Shown: positions 27,831 to 42,295, counted from the stretch's first letter. The stretch is 64,000 nucleotides of DNA from Eledone cirrhosa (GCA_964016885.1 OZ024744.1:24552001-24616000); one strand, 5' to 3'. A program made the numbers and translations. Notes: generated by a model from the sequence alone, not told the origin.

Positions 27831-28113
27831 CCTGTCTGGCCCTCTGGAGAATAGAGGAAATGTGTTTCCTTGAAAACTCGTATGACTCTAAAACCCGGTC
27901 CGTCTGTGTGGTTACGTACAGACTAGCTGACACTCCCTGTAAAGTGTCTAGTGAAAAACTCAGTACATGTACATATGTATACATGTGTGTATTTATATGC
28001 ATACTAATACTTCCGTATACATATGTAGATGTACACTTTAACTTAATTGTTTAAGCGTCAGTCATACAAAAGTGAGTTAGAAGCGAAACGAAATTTAATT
28101 TCGTTTCGTTATT

Positions 28114-28217
<104 letters not shown>

Positions 28218-28284
28218 TATACACAATTCGTTTTTGAATTTGTTTTGCGTGATTTCTTATCTGAAAATGTGTGTTGAAAACAGA

Positions 28285-28595
28285 TATTGTTATACTTGTT
28301 ATACTTTGGGATGGTGATGTTGCCAATAAAGACACACGCACCTGTGATTTTCACTTCAATTTATCATAAATTCCGCGTTTGGTTTTTTAGTTCGATAACC
28401 AGAAGATTGTTTATATATTGTCAAAGCTCTTTCATCACACATTCTGTGACCTTCTCAGTGACTAGATTTTGACAATATATGAACAACCATCCGGCTATCG
28501 AACCAACCAACCAGAAATTTATAATAAATTGAAGTGTGAACCAACATGTGCATGTGTATTTATTGGCAATATGACCCTCCAAAAGTATAACAATA
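28285..28595. repeat. ~310-bp imperfect long hairpin with termini resembling the PLE pLTR end at 695-745
   Basis: tattgttatactt...ttgccaataaa..cacttcaatttat..ttcgata..atatattgtcaaa pairs with tttgacaatatat..tatcgaa..ataaattgaagtg..tttattggcaa..aagtataacaata. Confidence 0.7.
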
Positions 28596-28650
28596 TATAT
28601 ATATAATATATATATACATATAAGCAGAGATATATATATATATATACATA

Positions 28651-28692
28651 AAGAGAGAGAGAGTGCGAGAGATAGAGAGGAGAGAGAGAGGG

Positions 28693-28725
<33 letters not shown>

Positions 28726-28738
28726 TGAGAGAGAGGGA

Positions 28739-28821
<83 letters not shown>
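28651..28821. repeat. (GA)n microsatellite (another at 47560-47661)
   Basis: Seen directly. Confidence 0.95.
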
Positions 28822-28826
<5 letters not shown>

Positions 28827-29307
28827 TATTATTTATGTTCATATACGGAAAGAAAGCACTACCTAAGGTTTCAAGGCCCAACATTGACCATATTGCCAGA
28901 ATATAAGTGGGATCAAAATTCGTGACCTAATCTTCTGGCACTTAGACATGTTTAAAAATACCGTTAAAAGTATAGCACATTAAACGCTTGCTTACGAAAA
29001 ACGTATTATAATAAAAGGGTATAACTGAAATTTGAAATGGCGAAAAAGGTTTATTCGAGTTTGTATTCGTGCATTATAGATGATGTATGGTATTTTGTGG
29101 TGTAATGTAATATAGAGATGGTAATATTTATTAAGGTGTGAAGTAGAGTAGTGTAGAAGGTATTCTGTATTATATAAGTATGGGAAAAGAAAAAAATATT
29201 AGGAAAGTTTATAAATAAAAATAAGGTTCTTGAAAATCAGTTGAATTTGTTGAGTATTCCCACTTAGCAAGGAGTAGGCTTTTGTGATACATACATACAC
29301 TAATACA

Positions 29308-30390
29308 TGGTGGCTGCCAACTCATCTTCGAGTACGGCCACTACTTTATATCCACGTAGAACCCCTACCGATGCGCTGAACGAGTGTGCATTTTTACTCC
29401 AGCCAGCGACTTGAAAACTCTGGTACAAACACTACAGTTGTGACAATGATTGACACATAGTGCTGGGCCCATGGTACCATGTGACGACAAGTGCAGAGAG
29501 ATCTCCAGATATAAAGCAATGCCTGTGCCGTGAAGCTTTTATAGTGAGCAAAGGCACTGCACAAAGCCAGTCCCACTCTCTTAACCAAGATTATATTTAC
29601 CAAAAAGAAGAACAAGTCAACATCATTGGTTACCATCAGGGTTGCAGGTGTTATATCAGAGTTTTCCTTCTCCTAGAATTCTGCCTTGACAAAGGCTAAG
29701 GGGTCATCTCTCCCGGTGATTTTTGATGGCCATTGACTCTTAAGAGCTCCTTTGCCCTTTGACAGGTTTTGTTTTTAGTCCTGCAGGATGTCCAAAATCA
29801 TCCTCGTCACCAAGAAACCTTGGTGGGGTTGCCAGTTTAGTCGCCAACGACCCGACCATGAGACAGGTTGTACTGGGATATATGTATATATATACATACA
29901 TATATATATATATACATACATATATATATACACACACATATATATATATATACATACATAATTATACATACATATATATATATATACATGCATATAAATA
30001 CATACATATAAATACATACATATATATATATATGGTGGCTGCGAACTCATCTTCGAGTACGGCCACTACTTTATATCCACGTAAAACCCCTATCGATGCG
30101 CTGGACGAGTGTGATGTTTTAGTCCAGCTAGCGACTTGAAAACTCTGGTACAAACACTACACTTGTGACTATTATTGACACATAGTGCTGGGCCCATGGA
30201 TTTTGGATGGCCATTGACTCTTAAGAGCTTCTTTGCCCTTTGACAGGTTTTGTTTTTAGTCCTGCAGGATGTCCAAAGTCACCCTCCTCACCAAGAAACC
30301 TTGGTAGGTTTGCCAGTTTAGTCGCCAATGACCCGACCATGGGACAGGTACTGGGATACATGTTACCAGTAGCACCAACTGGTGACCTGA
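29308..30390 (-). mobile_element. Two tandem copies of the bipartite RTE-derived element (second internally deleted), separated by TA/TACA microsatellite
   Basis: 29308-29880 and 30031-30390 match 20560-21120. Confidence 0.8.
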
Positions 30391-30425
30391 CATACATATA
30401 TATATATATATATATACATACATAT

Positions 30426-30465
<40 letters not shown>

Positions 30466-30629
30466 TATATACATACATATACATACATACATATATATCC
30501 TATACATATATACATACATATATATCCTATAAATATATACATTTATATATATATTTATATATGTATACATACATACATACATACATACATGTATACATAT
30601 ATGATAGCTGCAAATTCACACTAAGAGTA

Positions 30630-32970
30630 TTGCAATCGCTTGTTTAGATTCAGATGTGTGACGCTCGAATATGGCTTTTCAAGCCTGCTAGAGACTTGCA
30701 CACCTTCTCACATTGACGACAACTATGGATTTCCCTGGCCTCGGGCCTTGCATCAGGTTGCCCGTGAACCCACACAATACCGTAGAGATCATAGTTTACT
30801 GGTTGTCTTTGAACATGGCTGCGACTGTGGCTCCTGAGACCAGATTTGCTCAGGCAAGTTTTTCCACACTCAGGGCACTTCAATTCAATGGAGACACCGA
30901 TCGTTCGAGAGATACACCAGAGCATTGCTAACTCACATCTCGTTTGATCTTCTAGTACTCTATGCGTCTGTCCTCAAAATGAAGGACCCCATCATTCACC
31001 ATTCCACGCCAAGTTTCTCTTTCAAGAGCTTCTATCTCCCAGTCAGCCATCATCAAACCAGTGTTTTCAATGAGTCATTTACACAATCCTTGAGTCGGAG
31101 CCTTAGCTTGTGAGGTGGTCTCTTACCCTCACAAAGCTGGCCATACAAGAGTTGTTTTGAGATTCGATCATCCCCCATTCTGTAGAGGTTACCGGTCCAT
31201 TGCAAACGACTTTGGTGGATGATGCTTTCAACTTCTGACACTCACTTCTCTCAAGGACCTCAACATCACTCACATGCACCTGCCACTTGATACTGAGCAT
31301 CTTTCTGGGACAATTCTGGGGAAATCGTTTCAGTCTGTTGATATGCAGTTTGAAGTAAACCCATCCCTCACACGCATACAACAATGCTGACAATGAACAT
31401 GCGGTATAATACGCAGACCAACTTCTGCATCCAGAGATCAGGTCACATTCAGGGTACTCTCCAAATACACAAATCTGCCATCAACCTTCAGCTTTTGACC
31501 GTATAAATATATGGAGGGTTCATTGAAAACTATATCCGGAGCAGGTTGGTACATGACAACAGTCTTCTTCAGACTGATTGTCAGTCCTAAAGCACTGCAC
31601 GCATTGGAAAAAGAATCCACAAGGTGTTGCATATCACTCTGGGAGTGTGCAAAGAGATCACAATCATCTACATATAAAAATTATCTGATGAAGGTACTCA
31701 GTACCTTAGTGTTGGCAGTGAGACGCCTGAGGTTGCGGTTGAACAGATTGCCGGAAGTATATCTGGGATATATACCGTGTTGACAATCTTTGAAGGCCAT
31801 GAAGGACACCATTGCGAAATACAAGGCAAACAAATTTGGTGCAGGTATATCACCTTGTTTGACACCATTTTCGACAAAGATTGGCTCAGACAGTTTACCT
31901 CCGATGTTTACTCATGCCTGCATGGGTGGAGAGCTTGGAAGAGCTTGTGTATGTTCATAAACTTTTCAGGACAGCCAAATCTCTCCAAAAATAACCCACA
32001 AAGTCTTCCGATTTTCGGTGTCCAATGCTTTGGTCAGATCATCAAAAACTTGGTATAAGTCCATGCGCTGTACAACGCATTTTTCCTGAAGTTGTTTGAC
32101 CAAGAAGATCATGTCAACATTCCTAAAGCCACATTGGGACTCAGGAAGTACCTCAACAATGTGATCTATCAATCTGTCCAATGATAAGAACTAGCTTTCT
32201 ACATACAAACGGTTACAAAAGTTACATACCTATTTTTATATAGTGGAACCCTCATAAAAATGAGCCGATCAGAGAAGCCACGGGGACACTCTTCTAGTCT
32301 GACAGCAGTCGCATTTGTAACAGCAAATGTCAATCCAGCCTCTCTCTGGCATACTTCTGACTTCCCACTCCAATAAAAAGTATATCCGCAAGAGTGTTCC
32401 TGAAAAAGGCACTGTTCAACAAACATCGTGTCAGACAAGGCTACAACATCCATGTTATAAAGTTGAAGCTCTTTCACCACAATTGCGGACCTACTTTCAA
32501 AATGATATTGTATAAGTTCAAGTTTAACCAAGTTCGTATATTGCAGTAATCAATATAAAAAAGGTTTAGTTTTGGTTTGGGTTTTGGTTTTCTCATAGTA
32601 GCCGGAAGATGGCCGGGCCCAGACTGCAGTGACCTGGTACATTTGTTGAACCAGACCCTTTCCTTCTTGTTCCAGAGCCCTTATTGTCATTGACTAATAC
32701 ATCATTATTTGAGTTCATCGATTTTAAGTGATCTGCTTTTTTCGCCTACAGTCAACCATGCTCATGCAACACACGTGAAAAATCTTAATATCACGTGATA
32801 CCTGTGCTTGAAGATATTATTTTTAGAGAAATTCGTTCTTGTACTGGATCAATACCACTCTCTGAAAAACAATGAGAAGAATGGGTCAATATCATTGGCT
32901 TTCGTTGAGTCACAGGTTTTACATCAGTTTTCTTTCTCCTAGAATGATGTCCTAACAAGAACTAGGGATC
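30630..32970 (-). pseudogene. Decayed RTE-type LINE: APE endonuclease N-terminus, RT, two C-terminal C2H2 fingers, 5'UTR motif at ~32915-32970
   Basis: ELQLYNMDVVALSDT..GYTFYWSG (APE), LPESQCGFR..DMIF..QLQEKC, LLYACEGW, LQWTGNL, CPECGKTCLSKSGLRSH, CRQCEKVCKSLAGLKSH. Confidence 0.85.
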
Positions 32971-33068
32971 TCTAAGTCTCGGTGAGATAATCACACGTTC
33001 GAGCACCGAACCAAGTATTTCCATGTACCAGTGCACACACACACACACACACACATATTATATATATT

Positions 33069-33166
<98 letters not shown>

Positions 33167-33234
33167 AATGGAAAACGAAAAATCAGTGATGCATTGGAAC
33201 CCAATTTATTGTGTGTTACTATTGTTTCCCCGGC

Positions 33235-35165
33235 GAACTGGAGAGGCATTTCCCGGATAGAGGGCAGTCAGCCCGATTCCTACAATTTCAGTTAGTACTA
33301 GCTACAGGGTTGCACATGTTCCTACGGCTAGGTAATTTAGCTAAATTTGAAGCAGTGATGTTATGTGCAAGGTTAGGAGTCGTAGAGTAAGAAATGTTAA
33401 TGGTATTTCTATTAAAAAGTTATATTATATTTATGTGCTGAGGGGAAATGCTTCTTAATAAGGGAGTCAAAGATCTTAGCTAATGGTGTGGCCACCTCCA
33501 TATTATATGGTGGGTTATACCATATAATGCGTCGGGATATATTTTTCCTAGGTGTTTCTCATACTTAGTATATGCTACCTTATCAACAAATCTGCTCCGA
33601 GCAAGAGCTTCATTGTAATATATGGAATGGTCGATGAACATATGCTCGTTTGTAGATAGACGGGAAAGCCACAAAGAAATTAAGCATATTTTTCGGCTTT
33701 CTATACGGGTAGTGCAAGCCATTCGACAAATTGAGGGTAACGTCGAGGTAATTAACGACCGATAGGTTAGCCTCAACCTGTATGGAGAGGTTGAATCCTT
33801 AAATAAGGTTGTGAGTTCTTTTCTGAATCTGTCGCAAGCGCGTGGACCGCACTTTGTCATGGTCAAATGCCCGTCATCGCGGTACAAACCACCGCCCACG
33901 TTGGGGAATTCTTCCTTGATAGAGAAAAAAAGGAAAAGGCCGATAACATCTGTAACCTCCGCCGAAACGCTGGCGCCCATACTCACGTCGAATGGGGTAC
34001 TATTAGATGTTTTTATCCAAATAGAGTCGTCGAACTTAATCACCGGCTTATGGGCATTGAGGATGACATCAACTTTGAAGTCCTTAACCACCGTGAACGT
34101 TTTAGCGAAATTGATAGCTATAGGAAGAAGTGGTAAAGTGATATAGGAGTAGTAGTTATTGATGTCGAATTGGATAAAACGGCAATGTTCCTTGTTGCAT
34201 ATGCCATTGAACCAATCAATCACCGCCAAAGAATTGTTCCACAGTGCAAGAAGAGCCAAACTTCTAATTTCAGGTATAATTCTATCATTAATCCTTTTAC
34301 TAAGTCTACCTAAATCGGACTTCGTAGGGTTAATAAACCGAATGGAGGGGCTGTTGGCGAAATTGGGTTTGTGATCCTTCAGGGTAAAGTGGCAGAGAAC
34401 AAGGGTCCAGAGGTTCAGTCCGGTCCAGAATGGTGAGATCAGAGGTGATTTTAAACCCAGCATCGCTGATGTCATTAATGACAATCCGATTGGTTTTCCG
34501 GTAATCCTTAGTTACAGCATTATGTAGCAGTTTATGGTAAGTACTGCGCTCCACTTGATATAGATTGCCAGTTTTGTCGGAATGGACGTGCACGGTATTA
34601 GAATCCTTAATAGAACGAATTCTATTCTTCAGGTCCTGCTGGAAGGAATCGCTCCTATTCCGAAATTTGCTACTCCGTATGAGTTCCAATACATCATTTT
34701 TGAAGGGTAGCCATGTGGGTTACTCGGAGGGTTATTATAAGTTTTCAACCCAAATTTATCTGGTTTATTGTCCCCTTTTTCCTGGTTATCGAAATAAAAG
34801 GCACGCCAACGCAACCCTTTAATGAACGAGTTTGTTTTCTGAATCAGGAGTTTTAGGTATATCTTCCTGCTATGTACGGATATGTTCTTTGTAGAAATAT
34901 TCAGGTGTTGTTTCTGCATGATGAATATAAGTCAATAGAATGCTCAACCGAGGGAGCCAAATAGTAATAATAATAAATTTGAAGACTAAAATCCAAAGAG
35001 GGCTCGATAAGGATAAATATATATCAAATATGTACCCTAGAGCAAATATTTATTAAAATAACACATTAAAGTTTAAGCAAAAAATCTCTGCTTTCACCCT
35101 TAACGGGATATTCTGAAGCTAAAAAAAATCAATCTGTGAACGCAGAAGTAAATATTTCGAATGAT
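33235..35165 (-). mobile_element. Naiad-type PLE family 2, decayed, 3'-truncated copy
   Basis: MQKQHLNISTKNI.., SDKTGNLY, QFDINNYY, LYRDDG; closely similar to 53755-55490. Confidence 0.9.
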
Positions 35166-35284
35166 GCGTGTATGTATATATTTATTATTTGATTTTAATA
35201 ACATCTGTCATTTTCGTTCTACTAATTTATTTAAATTATTCTTAAGTCTGAAGCCGAGAATCATTCGGTTTCCTAAATAAAATA

Positions 35285-35655
35285 TTAGTCTACGACTTCA
35301 TTTATACCATAAACGGGGTTTTGTCTTTGCGTGTAATTGTTCTGTCCGCTCCATATAATGACGTTTTATCTTCGATTTTTACCGTTCTTTGCCAAGGAAC
35401 GTCTTCACGAACCAAAGTATCGTCTTCCTGTTTTCCTTCGGTTGTAACGTTTTTCGAAATATTTACTCCTGCTTTCACAGATTGATTTTTTTTAGTTTCA
35501 GAAGTGCCCGTTAAGAGTGAAAACCGCAATTCTTTGCTTAAAATTTAATCTGTTATTTTAATAAATATTTGCTCTAGGGTTTTTATATATTTGATATATA
35601 TTTATCCTTATCGAGCCCTCTTTGGATTTTAGTCTTCAAATTTATTATTATTACT
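35285..35655 (+). repeat. Inverted pLTR of the Naiad copy at 33235-35165
   Basis: ~35455-35655 is the reverse complement of ~34965-35160. Homologous to 53340-53710. Confidence 0.8.
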
Positions 35656-35670
35656 ATATATATATATATA

Positions 35671-35760
<90 letters not shown>

Positions 35761-36447
35761 CACATACAGACACACATATACGCTCATACACACACACACA
35801 CAAATACATACACACACAAACACAAACACAAACACACACACATATATGTGTGTGTGTGTTTGTGTGTGTATGTACATTTATCTATTGATACGCCTACATT
35901 CCTACGCACAAAAGCTCACATGGACAAACACGTGTGTGTGAGTATCTTTAGTATCTCCCAAAGCCCTTTTTTCTATCCCCTCTCCTTACACCCCTCCCCC
36001 GCTCTACCACTAAAAAAATCTCCAGACTTCTTTTAGATGCTACCAATCCCCTAATCTGTTTATACAAGACAAGAGACTTTTGCCCCCTCTAGCCGATTAA
36101 AAGGATGAACCCATTAAACTTTATATATTTAAATTTTTGAGGGCGGCGTGACAGAGTTTACGATAGGTTGAAACTGAGTTATGTAGGGTCGGAGAGAGGG
36201 TGGAAGCATGTAGACAACTAGAAAACATACACATATATATATATATATATGTATACATTTATGTATACATATACAATACATATACAAACACATCCACATA
36301 TACATTCATGCACACATGCACACACACATAAACACATACATATACAAACATACATACGCATACATACACGTGCACACACACACGCATTCACACATACACA
36401 TGCACACACACACATACATACATATAAATATACATACATACATACAT

Positions 36448-39400
36448 CAGTCAACGCGATCAGTCGCATATTTTGGCGTTGGAGACTACTTATTAAATTT
36501 AAGATGAATACTATCTCCGACAATAATGCCACAACTACAGTCATGTTGAATAACTGGTTATTCTTCTAACTATCCCTTCTGAAGACACCCTTTATTCGAA
36601 TTCGTAGAGATATCCGTCTAAATACATAATTCATTTTACAAGGATTTGCTACAAACAGCATGGCTGAACACAACATCAACAAAAAGATTAAGGAACTATC
36701 GAAGACAAATAACAGAGAAGGTAATCAAACTTTATTCAGTTGTAGCTACAGAAGAAACCGAAATTATAAATCGCATTTCTCTTGGAGTTGCGAACTTAAT
36801 AATGATTTATATAATTGTTATAAAATGGCAAAAAACAATCCCTCCATTGGCTATATGAATAGAATGAAGCTACACTGGGACGAAATGCACCCAGAGCTAA
36901 ATTATTTCACAGCGAAACAATTACGCCAACAAGCGACGCTAGTTGAACGTAAACATAAGATAAATATTATTAATTGTAAGTCCCCCACAACAAACATTGA
37001 ATCAACAACACGTGCTACAGATCGCCATGCTACTAGACTTCCTAGCAGCCATGTCGAGCATCGCCTTGAAACATCTATGCCTGTAAGAAACTTGACACCA
37101 CATGTACCATCTAAGTCTACCTCGAATGTTGGGGAAAACACTATCGATAATAATAATAATCGAAGAAATAATAATAATAATCGAATAAATGTGACACCAC
37201 GTGTACCATCCGAGTCTACCTCGACTGTTGTGGAAAATACTATCGATAATGATAATCAAAAGTATAAACAATTGAAAATTTCCCCCAACGAAATCTTCCA
37301 GAGAGAAATTAACTCATGTATAAATATCTCTCTTGCTGAACGTGTTAAAATGACAAAGGTGAATAAAAAACCAAATAATGAAATACTACGTGTTATTGAC
37401 GAAATGGGGGATGAATATTTACTACGGATAAAAACACCAACATTTTGGCAAATCAATGCCTGTTTATATGCCTTAGCAACGACAGTGAAGCATTATCTTG
37501 GTGATAGCAGAGATATTAGCAAGAACAAAACACCACCAAACATACCATCATATATAACTAAAATAGAAAAAAAGATTGCTGACCTACGAAAAAACATAGG
37601 ACATGTGACAATGCTCCTTACATGCAAATAAACACAAAAAAACCTCACTCCTCACCAACAAAGAGTGAAAAATAAAATAGAGACGATGTTTGGTAACAGT
37701 AGAACCAGAACTCTCCAATAGAAGCTGATCACCCTCAAACAAGAATTGAGAGCTGTTAGCGAAAAACGCCGATACCTGAAGAAGGTAGATGAGAGAAAAG
37801 TGCGTAATAAAAGATTCAGACGAAACCAAACATCAGTCTATAGAGATATGAAGAACAAAATAATAAGTGTCACTGAGGCACCTTCCCAGGAAGACATAGA
37901 TTCCTTTTGGGGCAAAATATGGTGTGAAAAGAAGAATTTCAACCAAGATGCAGTGTGGCCAAGAGAAATCCGAAAAACTATTGCTCCTACACTACAACAA
38001 ACACATACGAAATAAGTGAGGCTATCCTTGAGACTGTGATAGGAAAACTCCAAGATAAGAAAACACCAGGAAGAGACATGATTGTCAGCTAAACTAATAT
38101 TCTATCGAAGGTATCTTACTGACATCTACCAACAACTTCTTAAGGGAGATACACTTTTACCAGAATGGTTGACATTAGCACAGACGTTACTGAACAAAGA
38201 CACCCACTTGGCAAAAAACTACCGGCCCATTGTATGCCAGAACCTGATGTATAAGATCTAAACAGCTTGCCTAAACCCATTCCTCCAAGATCACTGTGAA
38301 AATAATAACATCATCACAGATGAACAAGCAGCTGGAAAGAAAGGGGTTTGGGGATGTGCTGAACAACTCCTAATCAACAAAACTGCGATGTCGGAGGTGT
38401 GACAACTTAGGAGGAATATGGCTACAGTCTGGCTGGACTACAGGAAAGCTTTCGATTCTGTTCCCCACTCTTGGATGATAAAGGCCCTCCAACTTGCTAA
38501 AGTCCCAGACATTATGTCAGAGCCATAGAGAGGCTGTCTTCTTCTTGGGCTACTATCCTAAGGTTAAAGACAGAGAGGGAGGACTATATTTTCACTGATA
38601 AAATAAAATATTGCAGGGGTATATTTCAGGGGAGAGTTTCTCTGTGATATTGTTCATCTTGTCATTAAACCCCTTGTCCTTTATGCTCAAGAAGTGTGAG
38701 GGATACATCATTGGCTCACAGGAGGACAGAAATACGAACCTAACCCATAATTTCTTTGTGGACGATCTGAAACTCTATGCCAAGAACATGGATGGTATGA
38801 AGAAAAATCTTGACCTGGTTACAACGTTCTCAAAGGATATAGGAATGGAGTTTGGCCAAGATAAATGCTCATACATGACTGTAAAGCGGGGAAAAAACAA
38901 CAACCCAGTCTAGGAACATTGTCATCAATGGTCTAACTGTTTCGCCGATATCTGATGAGGACTGCTACAGATACCTGGGGATAGATGAGAACATATCCTA
39001 TAATGGTATCTGTAATAAAGAACGCGTAACCAGGGAATACTACACCCGATTAAGAAAGATCTGGTCAACTGAACTCTCTGCGCAAAAAAAAACAGTGGCT
39101 CACAATGTGTTTGCTGTGTCTGTCCTAACACCAACGTTTGGAATACTCAATTGGACGATAGACGAAATCCGAGCAGTTGATGTTGGAACTCGAAAAATAC
39201 TAAACAACACCGAAAACTTCCACATCAACAGTGACATAAACCGACTTTACTTGAAACGTAAGCAGGGAGACAGGGGCCTAACATCAGTCCAGACAACATT
39301 TGAATGTCGCATCATATCTCTCCGACAACATATACGAACCTCGAAGCGTAGGAGCCGGTTTCTCGAACATGTCTATCTGCATGAAACAGATAAGTTCATG

Positions 39401-40546
39401 AGAGTTGGGAAGGAACTCCTTGAGAGATATTCCCTGTGTGATAATCAAAAACTCACACCCAGGCATGTCGCTCAGCAGTATCGCAGTGAATCCATGGATG
39501 AAAAACTACATGCCTATCAGCAAAAAATCATGCATGGATATGTTGCCATGAAGCTCCAGAGTGAGAGTAATATAGATAAGGAAAGTAGTCTATCTTGGAC
39601 CAACAACCGCTATATTGGCTCCCACTTTGAAGGATACGCTTTTGCAATCCAAGAACAGGAGATTAGCACGAAATACCTGATTCACAAAAGAGATAGGGAT
39701 GCAGGCAAAACGCCTTGATGTGATAACAAGTGCAGACTCTGCAGAACTAACATCGAGGGTATCACCCATGTCATCAGCAGCTGTCCAAAGATGTCATCGC
39801 GGTACTATCTATCTATTAGGAATGATGTAGTGGCCAAAACACTGTACAATGAAGCTCGTAAAAAAGATAGCCCCGATAATAAACACATAAAAAGCTACAA
39901 CAATGTGAAAGACATCCATGTACATAATATGAAAGAGTACTGGTGGAATGTTCCAGTAAAAACCCCAATAAATGCAGGCATAACAGACCAGATATTATAT
40001 GGGACAGGGAGAAGAAAACATGCACAGTAGTGGAAATTAGCTGCCCAGCTGATGCCAATATATTATCAAAGATTAGTGAAAAGGAGAATATTTATGCAGA
40101 ACTATGGAGAAATCTGCAGATACTCCACACTGATTACACCTTCAGATTTATGCATGTGATTATTGGGGCACTGGGATATGTTAGTAACTGCCTCAATACA
40201 AATCTTGAGAAGCTGGGCTTCACAGGAACAGAAAGAACAAAACTAGTTAAGAAACTACAAGTACAATCCATTAATGGAACAGTAAAAAAGTAAAACATTC
40301 CAAAAATGTTGCATCTATTAACTGCATATACACATGTACAGATACAAAGCATATACACATGCACACATACAACTCAAAACATCCACATCCACACATACAA
40401 TAACATCCATATCTACACATGCATGCATACATACATATCAACTTAGTTGATGTTGTGTAAATTCCAATGAGAGAGTCTTGTGTCTATGTTAGAAACCGAC
40501 TCTCTCTCTATTGGTAAAAATTTGTGAAAATATAAAACCAGAAGAA
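36448..40546 (+). mobile_element. R4/Dong-type RLE LINE, family B copy 2 (near full length, disrupted)
   Basis: N-terminal ORF 36660..37631 (W...N..LYNCY..GYMNRMKLHW..QLRQQA), RT motifs, CCHC knuckle and RLE. Both ends abut (TACA)n. Confidence 0.92.
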
Positions 40547-40722
40547 CATACATACGTACATACATATATATATATACATACATACATACATATATATATA
40601 TACATACATACATGCACATACACACATACATACATACATACATATATACATACATACATACATGTAGACATACATACATACATACATACATACATACATA
40701 CATACATACATACATACATACA

Positions 40723-40754
<32 letters not shown>

Positions 40755-40755
<1 letters not shown>

Positions 40756-41191
40756 GGTGGCTGCCAACTCGTTTTCGAGTACGGCCACTACTTTATATCC
40801 ATGTAGGAGAACCCTACCGATGCGCTGAACGAGTGTGACTTTTAGTCCAGCCAGCGACTTGAAAACTCTGGTACAAACAATACACTTGTGACCATTATTG
40901 ACACATAGTGCTGGGCCCATGGTACCATGTGAGGACAAGTGCAGAGAGATCTCCAGATATAAAGCAATGCCTGTGCCGTGAAGCTTTTATAGTGAGCAAA
41001 GGCACTGCACTAAGCCAGTCCCACTCTCTTAACCAAGATGATATTTACCAAAAAGAAGAACAAGTCAACATCATTGGATACCATCAGGGTTGCAGGTGTT
41101 ATATCAGAGTTTTCCTTCTCCTAGAATTCTGCCATTAAGAGTCAATGGCCATCCAAAATCACCGGGAGAGATGACCCCTTAGCCTTTGTCA
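40755..41191 (-). mobile_element. Bipartite RTE-derived element, 5'-truncated with a terminal ~58-bp inversion
   Basis: 41134-41191 is the reverse complement of the segment that follows ttctgcc in the other copies. Confidence 0.8.
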
Positions 41192-41232
41192 CATACATAC
41201 ATACATATATACATACATACATACATACATGC

Positions 41233-41700
41233 ATACACCTTTAGCTTCATACCCATCATTATTGGAGCTACGGGTTTGGGCGGTGGATTGGCAGTATCAG
41301 TAGAGGGTCGGACGCCATGCTTTCCAGAATAGTTACGTCCCTTTACGATCTGAGTTCAAATCCCGCCGAGGTTGACTTTGCCTTTCATCCTTACGGGGTC
41401 GATAAAATAAAGTACCAGTAATGCACTGGGTAATTGCTGGCCTTGTGCCTAAAGTAGAAACAATTATTGGAGCTACGGGTTATATACCAACCCGCTTAGA
41501 CCAAAGTATGACTGAACTTGGATTTGCAGACAAAGAGCGTAGCTCCCTAATTCATAGTCTACAAATGGCTGCGATAGCTGGCACCTTCAAAATTTGCAAA
41601 ACATTCTTACGATTCAAGGGATGACAATTTTTTTTCTTTTACAACCTTGCCACTAGGAAGGTGGCCGGTCAAAAATATACTCGAAATTAAGAGAAGCAGA
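41233..41700 (+). pseudogene. 3' end of R4/Dong family A interrupted by a SINE
   Basis: Matches 16740-17000 (PIIIGATGYIPTRLDQ..KICKTFLRFKG plus 3' UTR). Confidence 0.88.
41277..41462 (+). mobile_element. tRNA-derived SINE with 19-bp target-site duplication
   Basis: A-box-like tggcagtatcagtag, B-box gagttcaaatccc, central gcctttcatcc..ggggtcgataaaataaagtaccag. TSD attattggagctacgggtt at 41258-41276 and 41463-41481. Confidence 0.9.
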
Positions 41701-41930
41701 TAATATACATACATACATACAAACATATATACATACATACAGACATTCATATATGTATATACATACATACATATAAACATATATACATACATACAGACAG
41801 ACAGACAGACAAACATTCATACATACATACATGAAGATTGCAGCGTCTTCACAGACAATTGCCATTTCTTATTGATTCTTCAATGTCATCCCATCTGTGT
41901 CCATGACTCCGTAGATGACTTTAGACCAGC

Positions 41931-42078
41931 TGTATATCTACATGGTTTATGACACAGGTGACAGAAGAGAGTTGTGCTTTCCACAGGACCTATGGTGTCA
42001 CCCTGTGGGACACCATCGGTCCTGTGGAAAGCGCAACTCTCTTATGTCACCTGTTGTCGTAAACCATGCAGATCTACA
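41931..42078. repeat. ~150-bp near-perfect hairpin (MITE-like/foldback)
   Basis: catggtttatgacacaggtgacagaagagagttgtgctttccacaggacc..ggtcctgtggaaagcgcaactctcttatgtcacctgttgtcgtaaaccatg. Confidence 0.8.
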
Positions 42079-42295
42079 GATGGTGTCACACTGTGAGACA
42101 CTATATTTATGTACCACCATGTTTCTGTTTAGTCCAGAACTAGTTCTACACACTTTGTTGCATATCACGCATATTGTTTCATCAGGTCTTTGTTGAGTGG
42201 TGTTACGGGTGGTTATCCTGATGACCTGACTTCAGGTGACTAAGATAACCAGCCTTTGAGAGGAGTACACGTTGACAGAAATTGTATGTCCAGCT

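Noticed and set aside
30300-30392. HDV-like ribozyme at the 5' end of the bipartite RTE element
   Set aside because: P2/P3/P4-like pieces can be drawn, but no P1 partner was found by eye.
41277-41375. tRNA gene
   Set aside because: The A/B boxes belong to a SINE head. There is no cloverleaf, and a SINE body and TSD follow.
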